From: Octopus bimaculoides
Taxonomy: Eukaryota
Assembly: GCF_001194135.2 (NCBI RefSeq)
Contig: NC_069000.1
Location: forward strand, 7,000,351 to 7,064,350
Reading direction: 5' to 3'
Length of the DNA: 64,000 nt
The notes under the pieces are model-generated. The model did no database searches, was not told the origin of the DNA, and saw only the letters and a list, made by a program, of their open reading frames with translations. The translations under genes were made by a program, and so were the position numbers. Shown piece by piece: positions 35,682 through 56,699 of the stretch (position 1 is the stretch's first letter; the number at the start of each line of letters is the position of its first letter).

Positions 35682-38600
35682 ATATCCAATATACATACTG
35701 ACTCAATCACTTCTATTGCAGGGCTGAAGTTGGTACAATGTTCTGTCTCAGCTGGATTATCACGTGGTATGGTCATGTGTTGAAAGAATATCGTCACATA
35801 GTCAGGTTATATGACTTCTTCATAGCTTCCCATCCATTGATGCCTATATATGTTGCTGCCGCTGTAAGTTTTAACCTTTCTCTCACGTATTGTAGTGACA
35901 CATCTCTACTGTTCGCTTATCATATTTCTACTTCTGTTCATGATAGAATTGACAGCTGAGTTAATATGGGTTAAATTAGAGTGTCGGACAAGAGTTTTAT
36001 GGGTAACTGGTCTCAAACAGTAGGGTACTGGTGACTATCATCTCAAACCATAGCTTACTTGTGACCAGAGGGTTTAAAAAAAAAGTAGGGTATCGGACAA
36101 TGGTGTGCTGGTGATTAAGGTGTTGGACTGTAGGGGGATGTGGGTGACTAGGGTGTCAGACAGAAGGGTGTGGATGATTAGGATTTTGGGCAGTAGGGTG
36201 CAGGTGACCTGAGTGTTGGTCAATAGCAGTTACACATAATGTGGTCCACCACCAGTTTCATTTTACTACCCTTGTGCTCTTCCTATTGCCAACCCTTACC
36301 TGTTTTCAAGTAAGGGATTTCTTTATTCCACAGGTTTTCAAAAGTGCAGAGTGACCAGTCGTAATGTCAACCAGCAATGTCAACATCATCACTGCTTTGT
36401 TCAAAGAAATGACAAACATGCAATATAAACATACATGCACATGATCACACACACACATACTTTTGACATATATATATAAACGGGGACACACAGACACAAC
36501 AAGCTTTCTGTCATTGAAATCCCTTTGCATGGCATTGGACTGCCCAAGACAAAAAGGAGAAAACATTTTGCCAAGGTGCTGTGCACTGGGACCAAACTTG
36601 TGAAGTAAGCTTCTTAACCATACAGTCCGTACCTATCTTTGGAAAGTCACTCGTCCTAAACTTTTCCCTTAATTGGTTGAACACCATGTAAGGTGTGTAA
36701 AAGATTGCACGCCATGTAAGAGGTCTAGTTGCTTCTTAGGATATCAAAAGAAGGAATGAACATGGATTATCCTCTGCAGCTCATGGATTTATCAAGCCTT
36801 GTGCTGAATAATGTCAAGCCTGGGGAAGCTAAAGAACTTTTAGACAAGAAAGGAAATTCAAAGAAGGTTAGCAGAGGAAAAATTAAAGGATTTCTGTTCG
36901 TGGAATTAACTAGTTTCAGTCCATCAATCTTTCTTTTAGCTTTATGTTCTAAGTTCATACCTCACTGAAGTCATCTTTGCTTTTCATCCTTTTGAGGTCA
37001 ATAAAATAAATACCAGTTAAGCGCTGGGGTTGAAGTAATCGACTGAGCTGTCCCCACAAAATTTCAAGCTTTGTGTCTACAGTAGAAAGAATTATTTCAT
37101 ATCCAACTACTTGTAAAGGCAAGACTTTCTGCTGTTGCTGAAATTTATACTAAGAAACAAATTAGATGTGAACGAATGAAGAACTGTAAGGTCCTAATAT
37201 ACTTATCTGTCACTAAATCTCTTGCCCCCTAATATCATCAACAACATTTCAATGCCCATTACTCTATGCTGGTCTAAGTTTAATGGTTGCAATACATCAT
37301 TATTTCTCTCAGTACTTCATTTTGTCTGTAAGAATAAATATTGTGAGGTAAAGTGCCGTCAAATCTTGCCCCCACCCTCATTCTCAGAACCCAGAACAGC
37401 TCTCTTATTCACTGGTCCTTGATTAATTGGAACTGTAAAGAAATAATGAAATATTCCAAAATGCAATGGAATATTTGAAGTTCTTGAAAGGCTGTTGGTT
37501 GAGATTTGTTTTTTTTACGTCTAGTACATCCTCATCCGTTAATGTCCATCTTCCAAGCTGACATAGGTTGGATGATTCAACAGGATCCGGTGAGTCAGAC
37601 AGCTGCATCATGCCCCAGTGTCTGCTTTGGTGTGATTTCCATGACTGACCGCCTTTGCCTAATGCCTACCCTTTTGTTTCAGTCATTCGAGTGCTGTCAT
37701 GCTGGAGCATTGCCTCGAACGGTTTAGTTGATTAAATTGACTCCAGCACTTATTTTCTATCTGATAATTATGGTTATCAATCTCTTTTTGCTGAACTGCT
37801 AAGTTAATGCAAACAAATCAGCACTAATTGACAAGTGGTAAAAGATGAACATTCACAAATACACAACAGGCTTCCACACAGTTTTCTCAATGAAACTACT
37901 GATAAGGCATTAGTGTGCCATGCAGTGAGACTAATTTATTTTAGATTGCAATTTGTGTACAATCGTACTATTGGTTATAGGTTTCCAAAAGGCCCAGTCA
38001 TTATTTCACTGCATCTTTGACAACTTCAGTGATAAGGGCGTATCTGCAACTTGGTACAGAACAAATATCACAGGGTTCATTACTCAACACTTTTTTGTTG
38101 TTGTTTTATTGCACATTTATGTATTTTTCAGCTTTTTTTTTTTTTTTTTTTGAAAGCAACTGTTTGAATCTTTGTGAATTTGTTTTCAAATAAAAAGAAA
38201 TTCTCATAATAATAAGAATGCTATTCATTAGAATGGCATGGTGAATCATGCCTGAGAGGAAATGAATGTCACTTCAGTCTCTTCAAGTATTGTATGCTAA
38301 ATAAATAAATAAATAAAAACCCCCCAAAAAACCACCTTTGTTTTTGTTTTGTTCCAGATTGTTCTGTACAGAGAAAAGGAAATTCTGTCATGTCCTTGTG
38401 AAATGGCATCAGTTCACCATACATTATCGCACTTGCCAAAGGATCTTCCTTTTGAAGAGCTCATCACCACAGCTTGTGATATACATCTGTTATACCCTCC
38501 TTCTGAATTAATAAAGGATAATTTTGTACCTCCTACCACACCTAAACCAGCAGAAATGTACGTTCATTTTAAATTCATTTGTTTCTGCTAAGTTACTTAG

Positions 38601-40985
38601 TCTTCACAGTTTGAACTCCATCATAGAGAAATAGAACCAGCATTCTGTTTTGTTGACCTTTCATTTTTGTTACAAATTTTTGAAAGATTTTATATCAATA
38701 GTCAGGCTTGGAAGGTGCAGGAGACCGACAGAAAAGTATGAGGTTATAAAAGTAAATTTGGTTTCTACTAACAACTTGTGATTTTGTGATCTAAAACCAA
38801 ACAGTCGAACATTTGCAGTATATTATGAAAGCGATAAGTTGCATAACATATTGACTGTTGACTTCGTAGAATAGGCATCAAAAAATTGTTCCATGCAATA
38901 AATCGGGTAAGGATTTGAGGTCAGTCATGATACTTGATAAAATATCAATCTACGGGTTGTAGATTGGCAAATTAACGAACCCTTCAGCATTCAGATTACT
39001 AGATTACCCTGCTTATTTATCTACATTATTTTGAACTAATCAAGTTGTCTTGTAGCTTTGAGAATTTGATGATGTAACAGTTTATTTTTAGAATTACATT
39101 GTAAGGTAGGTGTAAGAGGCCATATCTGGCCAGTTTTAATATAAAACAGGATATTTGAGCTGGATATGGTTCAAATGCTAATTGGTTAAAGTATCAGATA
39201 AGCCGCTTTGTGGTATTTGATCTGGCTCTTTACATTCTAAGTTGAAATCCCACTGACATCACTTTTACCTTTTTATCCCTCCAGGGTCAAATATAAAACA
39301 AAATATCTGCAAAGTACTGAGTAACTCGACTCTCCCAGTTTTCCAACCTTCTGCCTATCTTAGAAAACGGTATAGCTATTAATATTTACAGTAATAAGGT
39401 TCACCTCCTTATGGTTCCTATTTATAGTTTACAAAGACAACGGCAGCAAAACACCAACCCTTCTATTTGGGCTGATATTCTCTCCTCCCCACTCTTATAG
39501 AATTCAATAGGATTATTGAGTTGTTAGAGGAGATGGAAGTGGGTTGAGTTTGTTCTTTGATATCTTTTATTCTGGGTTTTATATAAGACACACATGTTTA
39601 TATAAAATACTGGGGTCGATTCATTCAATTAAAAATTCCAGGGTAGTGCCCTAGCATGACTGCAGTCTAATGACTGAAAGATAGAAAAAAAGATACACAT
39701 GCACATTATATATATATTGAGAAAGTTGAGATTAATGATAAAGTCAGTTTGCAGCAGCTAAAAGAAGGCTTACCGACATTGTGCTGTATTCCCAGCCCCT
39801 GACTATTTTAACCTCTCTGGCTCTGTCCATTTAACTGTAAATAGGTACCAAAGAAATGTATAGTTCACTGGCATGAAGAACGAAAATTGTTTCATAATTG
39901 TTCAGCTAGTTTATAAACCAATGGCAGCATAAAAACACTGGCTCTTTCGTACAGGGCTTCTTTGAAGTGTTAAAACGAAGACAAAGTATTTAGAGTTGTC
40001 CAAATAAAACATAAATATGAATTTTAATTCTCATTGATGTTTTCTTTGAACAACTCCATCTTGCTTCCCTATACTTTGACTTCGTTTTATGTTGATGGTG
40101 ACTTTACCTTTCAGTGGTACACCAGTGTAGTGATGCTACCTGTCAGTACTTGGGGGTTGGGGTTAATTCAATTGAGGATAAAGGATCAAAATTATCCTGC
40201 TTAATCAAAGTAAAAAGAAAATTTATCAGTGCACTATCAGAGAGCTGTATCTTAAGAAACCAAATAGTGACTCTAATTGAGCTGACATGAAGACCCCCGG
40301 AACAATAGAAGACTCTTTAGCATTCAGATTAGTCTGTCAAATTATTCCCAGTTTTGAATTAACCATGAATTATCTTGTAGCTTCAAGATTTCAATGGTGT
40401 GAGTGTTTATTTTTAGAATAGGTTTGAGAGGTTGGATCTGGTCAGCTTGAACATAAAACAGGTAGAATATTATGGCTGATTTAAGTGCTAAAGAGTTAAC
40501 CCTTTTGATACCAATCAATCTAAAGTTGCCCCTAGTTCTATAATAGAAAATTCTCGATCTAAAGGGATCTAAATTTAAACCTTCCATCAAAATTTCTTTA
40601 TAAACACTACCATAATAATTATGTAGTTATTTCACTAAATTCTTCCTAATTTTCAAAATTAATTGAAAGAAGGATCATACATTTCAAAAGAGATATAGTA
40701 ATGAAAGAGGTGAATGTTGCTGGGGAAATGCATGAGCACCACAAATTCTTGTTTTCATTTCTCAAATAACTTTTATGTCTCAGTTACAAAAATATTTTTT
40801 TGTTTTCAAACCTAAATCTGAAATTCTGATAATTGATTTCTTTCTGTTCTTTTTTTTTAAATTTTGAATTTAGAAATGAACGGCGTTGGAAGCGGAGGAA
40901 ACATCTCAGCAGAAAGTTAATTGTGAAGGTTATTATTGTTGCGTTTTTTGCTGTTCTGGCTGGTTACATACTGTGGAGGCCTTAG
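26484..40985 (+). CDS. TBC1D20: TBC1 domain family member 20 (Rab1/Rab18-type RabGAP, tail-anchored), 9 coding exons, 1167 nt = 388 aa + stop
   Basis: Hand-spliced exons 26484-26649, 30091-30267, 31327-31407, 32134-32228, 33824-33915, 34961-35062, 35722-35863, 38358-38557, 40874-40985. All introns are GT-AG and phases are consistent. Motifs seen: AISSGGLL...RKRCWPMLL, Arg finger QVLLDVERS, Gln finger HYYQGYHD, LSWIITWYGH, HPLMPIY, C-terminal hydrophobic anchor. Confidence 0.95.
30091..30267 (+). CDS. TBC1D20: TBC1D20 exon 2 (GGDEKKDSKLKDF...WPMLLDIDVDNIPPAP)
   Basis: ttacag acceptor, GTAAGT donor. Confidence 0.95.
30450..31200 (-). mobile_element. Degraded RTE LINE ORF2 fragment in TBC1D20 intron 2
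   Basis: The minus strand reads KGFSLxxKGKLNDAC...HG.ETWVVNVK with stops and frameshifts. Confidence 0.7.
31327..31407 (+). CDS. TBC1D20: TBC1D20 exon 3 (KLSVLKTHRDYEQVLLDVERSLSRFPP)
   Basis: ttccag acceptor, GTTTGT donor, 81 bp; contains the Arg finger. Confidence 0.95.
32134..32228 (+). CDS. TBC1D20: TBC1D20 exon 4 (GMREDKRLVLQDKLVVLILHVLINHPELHYYQ)
   Basis: ttttag acceptor, GTTGGA donor. Confidence 0.95.
32672..33360 (-). mobile_element. RTE-clade LINE, 5'-truncated 3' end (ORF2 C-terminus, 3'UTR and (GAT)n tail), with an internal N gap
   Basis: Translation MLRWMCNV...RRLRWYGHVVRMEEDSCVKKC...GRGRPRKTW is a typical RTE C-terminus. The tail reads (ATC)n on the plus strand. Confidence 0.9.
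33824..33915 (+). CDS. TBC1D20: TBC1D20 exon 5 (GYHDICVTILLTVGEDLAYAIVDRLSISHL)
   Basis: ctaaag acceptor, GTAAAT donor. Confidence 0.95.
34961..35062 (+). CDS. TBC1D20: TBC1D20 exon 6 (SDYMGSTMERTKVIMDYVFPILAKVNPKLEAYLQK)
   Basis: tggcag acceptor, GTAAGT donor, 102 bp. Confidence 0.95.
35722..35863 (+). CDS. TBC1D20: TBC1D20 exon 7 (AEVGTMFCLSWIITWYGHVLKEYRHIVRLYDFFIASHPLMPIYVAAA)
   Basis: ttgcag acceptor, GTAAGT donor, 142 bp. Confidence 0.97.
38358..38557 (+). CDS. TBC1D20: TBC1D20 exon 8 (IVLYREKEILSCPCEMASVHHTLSHLPKDLPFEELI...PKPAE)
   Basis: ttccag acceptor, GTACGT donor. Confidence 0.93.
40874..40985 (+). CDS. TBC1D20: TBC1D20 exon 9 (INERRWKRRKHLSRKLIVKVIIVAFFAVLAGYILWRP*)
   Basis: atttag acceptor in phase 2; basic patch followed by a transmembrane helix; TAG at 40983-40985. 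Confidence 0.85.
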
Positions 40986-41466
40986 TTTATCGCAGTTCAT
41001 CACATCTAAATTTGCAGCTCTATTCCACTCACCTGTCTACTTTCTCCATCTTACTGTTATGGGACATTGAACCAACTGGATTCATGAGGGGCTTGCTTAC
41101 TACCATAACTCCAACAATATTTTCAACATATCTAGCTCACAGAAGGAATTGATATCGGAACTTATCAACTGTTCTTTGACAAAAAGACCAAAAAAAAAAA
41201 AACAGGCTGAGAAACCTGTGACAAGGTTGTGAACAATAATCTGGCACATTGCTGCAAAGTTTTTATTATTATTATTATTATTATTAATTGGTGGATGACA
41301 GGCTAAATATGTTGAGGTATTTAGTTATGTCCCACTAGCATTCTGGGTTCAAATCTCATCAAGACTGACCTTAATTTTCATACATACCAGTCATGTGCTG
41401 TGTCAATATAACTGACTTCTCTTCCACACACTCACCCTGGCCTTATATCTGTCAAATTATTATTAT

Positions 41467-41692
41467 TATGGCAACAAGCTGGCAGAAACGTTAGCACCCT
41501 GGGGCCAAATACTTATCGGCATTTCGTCTGTCTTTATGTTCTGTGTTCAAATTCCATTGAGGTTGACTTTACCTTTCATCCTTTCGGGGTCGATAAAATG
41601 AGTACCAGTTAAGTACTGGGGTCGATGTAATCAACTTAGCCCCTCCCCCAAAATTGCTGGCCTTGTGCCAAAATTTGAAACCATTATTATTT
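41467..41692 (+). mobile_element. tRNA-derived SINE family A, representative full copy. Others near 5880-6270, 8855-9010, 11015-11230, 14550-15005, 21850-21950, 24105-24196, 25480-25590, 28505-28672, 32290-32445, 34400-34580, 36960-37092, 47355-47530, 51480-51590, 55310-55480, 57905-58040
   Basis: A-box-like ggcgagctggcagaa.cgttagc, B-box-like gttcaaatt, core cctttcatcctttcggggtcgataaa..gtaccag, and tail gccttgtgccaaaatttgaaacca(att)n recur across these copies. Confidence 0.85.
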
Positions 41693-42779
41693 ATATAAAA
41701 CATATTATTTCGTTGTTTTATCAAGTTTTTAATTTTTTTTGCTTATATATTGATTTCTGACGGAGAGAATCGTTTTTTTTTTTTTTTTGCCAATTTTTGA
41801 AAATCTTTTTTACTAGCTTTATTTATTTCTTTATATATATATATATTTTTTTTGTATCTGAAGAATTGTTTGCTTTTGTTGTGACTAGGTACTGTGATGG
41901 TGATTCTCCTGATGAACAATGGTTTGTAGATCAGATCTACCAGGTCAACACTTTGTAAAACCCTTTTAATTAAAAAAAACAAACAAACTCCATTAATCAC
42001 CCAGTTTGCAGCTAGCCAGAGTATATACACACACAGCCATCGTCTTCTACTATCTTCCTTATATTCTGGTAGTCAACATTGCCCTCTACAGGGTTCTCTG
42101 TCTTTCAGTGAAATTCAAACTGTGAGTCAAAGAATTGTAAATTATTATTATTATTATCATTATTATTATTATTGTTATTTATTGTTTTGTTTGTTGATTT
42201 TGTTAAACAACCCCCTTCCATTTCCAATAAGAGTTTCAGGTCTATCTGAACTCTTTGCCTCCTTTTATCTTACTTTTGTCCATTTAATTATGTACATCAT
42301 CATCATCATTATTGCCATCAACTGCTGTATCATCGCCATCATCACCATCATCGTCATCATCATCTATGTAATTTAATATGTGGATGTGTTTCTGTATATA
42401 GCTGGGTGGGTCTGTTAGCAATACTGAATGTTTGTATTAGTCACACCAAATGTAATCACAATGATGATAACATTCAGTGAAGAGTCTAGAATTATTTTTC
42501 TCCAGATTTACAAAGAATGTAGAAATATTCTTGACCAGGAATACAAAGAATATAAATATTCTTGTCTATTCAATAAAAAAAGCAAAAGAAAAATTTAAAG
42601 TATTCTTACTCCGTGTTTCTATTTCGTTATTTTTAATATGTAAAACATGGTTTGAAGGCAGTGTCCGTTTAGTGCAGATATGTGCAACTGCTGGTGTGGT
42701 GCATGTGTATATGCAACGTCAAGTTGATGGCATGAGGAGTGTGGTGCAGACTTGTGAGGCCGTAAGTTAGTGACATGAA

Positions 42780-43080
42780 GGCATGTGGTTTAGTGGTTAG
42801 TGAGGTTGTGAGTTCGATTCTTGATGGTGCATTGTATTGTTGTCCAAGATACTTTATTTCATATTGTTCCTGTCCATTCAGCTGGCAAAAATGGTTTGTA
42901 CCTTTATTTCAAACGTCCAGCCTTAGCACATTCTGTGTCGTGCTGAATCTCCCTGAGAACTATGTTAAGGGTACATTTGTCTGTGGAGTACTCAATCACT
43001 TGCATGTCAATTTATTAAGTTGTTCTGTTGATCAGATCGACCAGAACACTCATCGTCGTAACCAACAGAGTGCCTGTTAT
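42780..43080 (+). mobile_element. tRNA-headed SINE family C. Related copies at 8250-8370, 45200-45320 and 49660-49980
   Basis: gtggttag...gagttcgattc...actttatttca..ttg.tcc.gtcca.tcagctg is shared between copies. Confidence 0.65.
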
Positions 43081-43989
43081 GATGAATAAGACGCTGGCTT
43101 AGCCATCACAAGTCAGTTCTTGCGAAGGAGACATAGTATCAAAAGTATTCTGACCATGACCATCTAAACTTTATATTTTTTTTTATGTATATAAGCATAT
43201 CTTTCTTAATGTGTGAGTGAATTGGTTATATCTTGTTTTTGAATGTCTATGTAAAGTGACCCATGTTTTATAGTTTTAACGCTGCAGAATGTGATATGAG
43301 AGAGATTTAACTGCTTTTTCTAACAAGTCGGTCAACCATGTTGTGGCTCGATCAGATTTTCTGACACCATATGAAAATCAACATTTGACAGAGGCTTATA
43401 AAACATTTGTGAAAAGTCACAACAGGGGGTCTTGACCTTTTTCTTTGTTTTACAGAATCTGAGATTGTAGTGGGAAAAAATGACTCCATTGGGCCTTGTA
43501 AGAACCCAGCTGGATTTCCTACTCACAGGTGACCTCTGAAGATCTGAGAAAACCCCAGGGTAGGGAATACAAGATTAGGTGTTAACTGATAGGGCAGCCT
43601 CTGCAAGTTGTTACTCACAAGACTGACCCCATTGTTGTAGGTGGCAGCAGGTGTCTGCAAGAAAACCATTTCAATCCCACTATACAAGGTGCAGTAGGAA
43701 CAATTGTTCCAAATCCTTTGGACAGCATGGACTCTGCTAAAGAAGGGAAATAACTCTGGGCTTGTTTTTTGTTATTTTGACCTTAGCAAAGCGTCGATTC
43801 AATGTCGTTGTCGGTCAGAATAAATAAGACTAAAAACGTCTACAGTTGTCTCCCATGCGTGCTAAAAGGATAATAACGATTTTATAATTGTGACGGCTCT
43901 TTTCTCCCACAAATATTTCAAGGAAGCATATTTGAAATGTAGAATAACGAATAGCTAACTCTAACTTGCCTTCCTTATTTCTAGAGAGT

Positions 43990-44170
43990 GGAGGCGTAGT
44001 GGTTAGTACAGCGGACTCGCGGTTTCGATTCCCAGACCGGGCGTTGTGATTGTTTATTGAGCGAAAACACCTAAAGCACCACGAGGCTCCTGCAGGATGG
44101 GGGACCCTGCTGTACTCTTTCACCATAACGTTCTGTTGTACCTGTATTTCAAAGGGCCAGCCTTGTCACA
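43990..44170 (+). mobile_element. tRNA-headed SINE-like element
   Basis: ggcgtagtggttag...ggtttcgattcccagaccggg A/B-box-like head; no complete cloverleaf. Confidence 0.5.
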
Positions 44171-45846
44171 CACTTATTGCAGTGGTCCTTCAGTTCTTCT
44201 AACCCCATAAAAGAACTTGGAAGGTTGGACCTCCAACCAGGCCTTTCGCGAAACCCTTAAAGCCAGGAACTTTTCAACACACACACATACATGATTGGCT
44301 TCTTTCAGTTTCTGCCTACCAAATCCACTGAGGCTATAGTAGCAGGCACTTGCCCAAAGTGCCATACAGTGGGACTGAACCCAGAAACATGTGGTTGGGA
44401 AACAAACTACTTACCACAGAGCTACACCTGTGCTGATGTATATTTCAAAATTATTTAATGTTCAATGAATTAAAACACACCTGTTGTAAGAGTTAAGTAC
44501 ATTAGCCGAGGGCACGATAGTGTCACCAATGTCACGATACACACCTCACTATTGATCTCACTAGCTTTGTTTGCCCAGTCAGTAGAGTAGGTGATCAATA
44601 AGCAATCTAACATCCAGAGATAATCACTAAACAATCAGCTCTATTGTTATTTCCATAGAAAATTTACAACTCAAGTGGAAACAGAGCACCAAGTTAGTTG
44701 ATATTTCACTTCATGTAAATAATTAGTTATCAGTAATATGTCTATTGTATAAACACTTGTTACAAATACAAGGGGCTGCTGAAAAGTTCCTGGCTTTTAA
44801 GGGTATCACGAAAGACCTGATTGGAGGCCCAACCTTCCGAGTTCTTTTACAGGGCTTAGAAAAACCGTAGGACCACTGCAATAAGTGTGTGAATCTGAGA
44901 AGGAAATATGTTGAACTTTCTAGTACTCTCCGTACTTTCTTTTCACCAGGAAGTTGTGACATTCATGACTTTACAACAGGCATTATTGAACAACTGTGAA
45001 ATGATTTCAGTTATTGTGCAGATCACAGAAACAGATTGCCACATGCTCATTTTTTAAATTCTAGTTTACAGTGCTCCCACTGGCAGCTAATAGATTGTAT
45101 TCTTAGATTGAAGAGGATAAAGAGGGCCAGTTTCCTGGTTTCCTCCCCACAGAAGGGACACCAGTTCGTCACAGGGTGATCCTTTTACAGCTGAGTGGAC
45201 AGCAGACGTGAAACAAAGTGTTTTGCTCAAGAACACAATGTGTTGCTGGGTCCAAGAATCAAAACCACAAACTTACAATCATGAGTCTGACACCCCAACC
45301 ATTAAGCCATGTACCTCCACCCACAGAAGAGGAGGAGGGCAAATGATAATGTGTGTTTTTCTCAAGTAATGCAAATAGTGAACAGACTGCTTTTTAGCAT
45401 TAGATTTACAAATTGATACAGTCTGAATTCGAATCCTATCAAACTCAATATGCCTTTTTGTCCTTCCTGGAGGCGGGGGAGTTAATAAAATCGATCACTC
45501 CCACCTCTATCCAACCAATGTGGCCTTGTGTTAGAAGTTAAAGTGAAGCAGTAAAACCCGGGAAGAGAGAGACTCCGTAAAATGTAAGAGAGTAGAGAAA
45601 GATGAACAAAAACAATGAAATGTAAATCATGTCTGTTTAATTCTTCATAGTTTGCAAGTTAGTTTCATGAATACAGGAAGATAAAGACACTCACTCCAAA
45701 ATGGATTGTGCAAGCAGAATGTACAAATCAGAAAAAACTTTATATCATTATGTGGTTATAAAGATACAACTTCTGTTCCACTACCACCAGCATCACCACC
45801 ATGTTCCTGCTGCTGTTGTTGCTGCTGCTGCTCCATTCATAAGAGA

Positions 45847-45884
<38 letters not shown>

Positions 45885-45930
45885 CATGGGAATATTTTAA
45901 ACATCAATGATAAAAAAAATCCAGTCACAC

Positions 45931-54323
<8,393 letters not shown>

Positions 54324-54811
54324 GCTTTCTTGTATCAATGACAGATTTTCGGGGTCTAATAAATAGAATTTGCTACGAAATAAGACGTTATGGAGATACA
54401 AAGTTATTAAATAAAGCTCGTTAGTTATGCAGGCGAGTTAACTGATTATCAGCTAAAACGGCAAGTGTCGCTCAAGAGTGTTTCTATGGTAGAATTGATT
54501 CAGTAAACACAACAACCTCACACAACAATCCTGTTCTGGCTTGTTTGTGAGGAAGAAAGCTTATCTATCAGGGGAGGTAATTCGGAATTTGATTATCTCC
54601 CTTGACTCGGTGAAACCTCTGTGCCAATCATTATATTTGTCAGAAAAGTACTTTGTATATTTAAATGTGGACATACCATAGAAAGCTACAAAACTGCCGT
54701 GTTCGCCTTCAATACTGCAGCTTCTCGTGTAGATGTACTGAGCTTAAAAGCACAACCACTACTGCTTCCGTCGCTAATAACGTATATTTGTCAGTTTGAC
54801 AAACTTTTATA

Positions 54812-54961
54812 TCATCATCATCATCATCATCGTTTAACGTCCGCTTTCCATGCTAGCATGGGTTGGACGATTTGACTGAGGACTGGTGAAACCGGATGGC
54901 ACCACCAGGCTCCAATCTAATTTGGCAGAGTTTCTACAGCTGGATGCCCTTCCTAACGCCA
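54812..54961 (-). mobile_element. RTE LINE extreme 3' end (young copy)
   Basis: About 150 bp differing at about 3 positions from 32672-32815. Confidence 0.85.
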
Positions 54962-56072
54962 GTAATTCTAAAATGACAATTACTCCACTACTACTAAATA
55001 TCATTGAAGTTTTTGAAAGTGTTGTCTTCACCCTTGTCTGCTCTTTTATTAAATGGTAAGACAAAATACACTTTGCATCTATATTCTTTTTTCATCATCA
55101 TAGTTTTGAACAAGTTTGAAAACTTTAAAACCATTCCAGGGGGGCATGGTAATTTCTCCCCCCATCCCTGTTTAATCTTCCCTACAATTGTAACTGGTTA
55201 ATTGGGTATTTTATCAGACGGGAATTTTCCAGAAAGGAGTTACATTCCAATGTGTTGGTCGACCCTTGACAGACTAAAAGTATTTAGTTTTTCATTGAAC
55301 ACTGGTAACAGCATTTTCTCTGCCATTATGTTCTGAGTTCAAATTCTGTCAAGGTTAACTTTGCGTTTCCTCCTTTGAGGGTTGATAAAATAAATATCAT
55401 TTGAGTACTGGAGTTGACTTAATCGACTTACCTACTCTCTTGAAATTGCTGGATTTGTGCCAAAAAACTGAAACCAATAATAATACATATAACCGGTTTC
55501 ATATTTGTTTGATTTTCAAAAGTGTAAGATTTGAGGGCTGTGGAGTTGTGTTGCAAACTGTATAATTTCTGGCCAGTGTTCAAAATTTTATTATTTTTAT
55601 AGAGAGAATGTGGCTCAGATCACTATCAGTTAATGTAGAGATTGATCAGTTGAGAATGGTCACATGATGAAATAAGTAAAGTTTTCGGTCAATTCTCTGC
55701 TACATACCCCTATTGAGGTCAAATGATAGTCTCTTATGAAGTCATGTCAAAGGATTAGTTCAGTAGATAAGTCAAACTCAAGTTTCAGGCTGTTTTTACT
55801 TGGTGGTTGTGTCAAGTAGCTGTATGAATAGCTGTTATCTTATTTTGCTAAAGTATGGTGACACTTCTGTGTCAAATGTACAACTTTAGTGACTCACTCT
55901 TTCTTACAATAATGAAAATGTGAACAATTCTAACAGTAAAACCATTGCTTTCCTTGCCTAAAAAAAAGAGGCAGAGATTTATAAGGAGGCGAAATTGGTT
56001 TTAAGTGCAGTAAAGTTTAAAAAGAACAGAGGTACGTTTGTCAATTTGTGTTGCAAGATTTCTGATGTGAAG

Positions 56073-56400
56073 GTAGTTCACTGCCTTGCATTTGTAGTCC
56101 AGCCACTCTATTCCTTCCCTTTATATCTCCATGTCTGTTTTGTAGCCCACTAATCCCTTTTGCAGTCCAGTTCCCTCTTTTGTAATCCAGTGTCCCCTTT
56201 TGTAGTTCACTGCCCCTTTTGTAATCCACTGCCCCCTTTTGTAGTCCATAGCCTTCTTTTGTAGTCCATTGTCCCCTTTTCTGGTCCCTTACTTCCCTTT
56301 ATAGTCCAGTACCGTCTTTTGAAGTACAACACCCTCTTGTAGTCCACTGCTACTTTTTTTATAATTCAGTATCCCCCATTGTAGTCCAGTGTCCTCTAAG
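56073..56400. repeat. Degenerate minisatellite, about 20-bp unit TTTTGTAGTCCA(C/G)TGYCCC, roughly 14-15 copies
   Basis: Direct reading of recurring ttgta(g/a)tcca units. Confidence 0.8.
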
Positions 56401-56699
56401 TATTCCAGTGACCTCATTTCACTCAACAGTATTTTATAAACACCTTTCCTCGTGTTTTGCAAAAACTCAAAAAAAAAGTAAAACTCAACAGCAGATAATT
56501 TTAATCTGATAGAAGATAATTTTTCCCAGTAGTTTATAATTAATGTTTCTGCTTACTAATAACCCAAAGTCCTAATTGCAACAAAGACAGGCTTTTGTTT
56601 TTGGTGTTTGAAAAATAAGTTTAAAATATATTATATTTGGTTTAAATACTTCAGTTTTAAAAAAATCACAATCTCTTCGAAGACCCAGCACCAACCTGA

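Noticed and set aside
43440-43560. Strong acceptor (ttttctttgttttacag) as an alternative last exon of TBC1D20
   Set aside because: In the required phase it gives an immediate stop, and there is no supporting homology.
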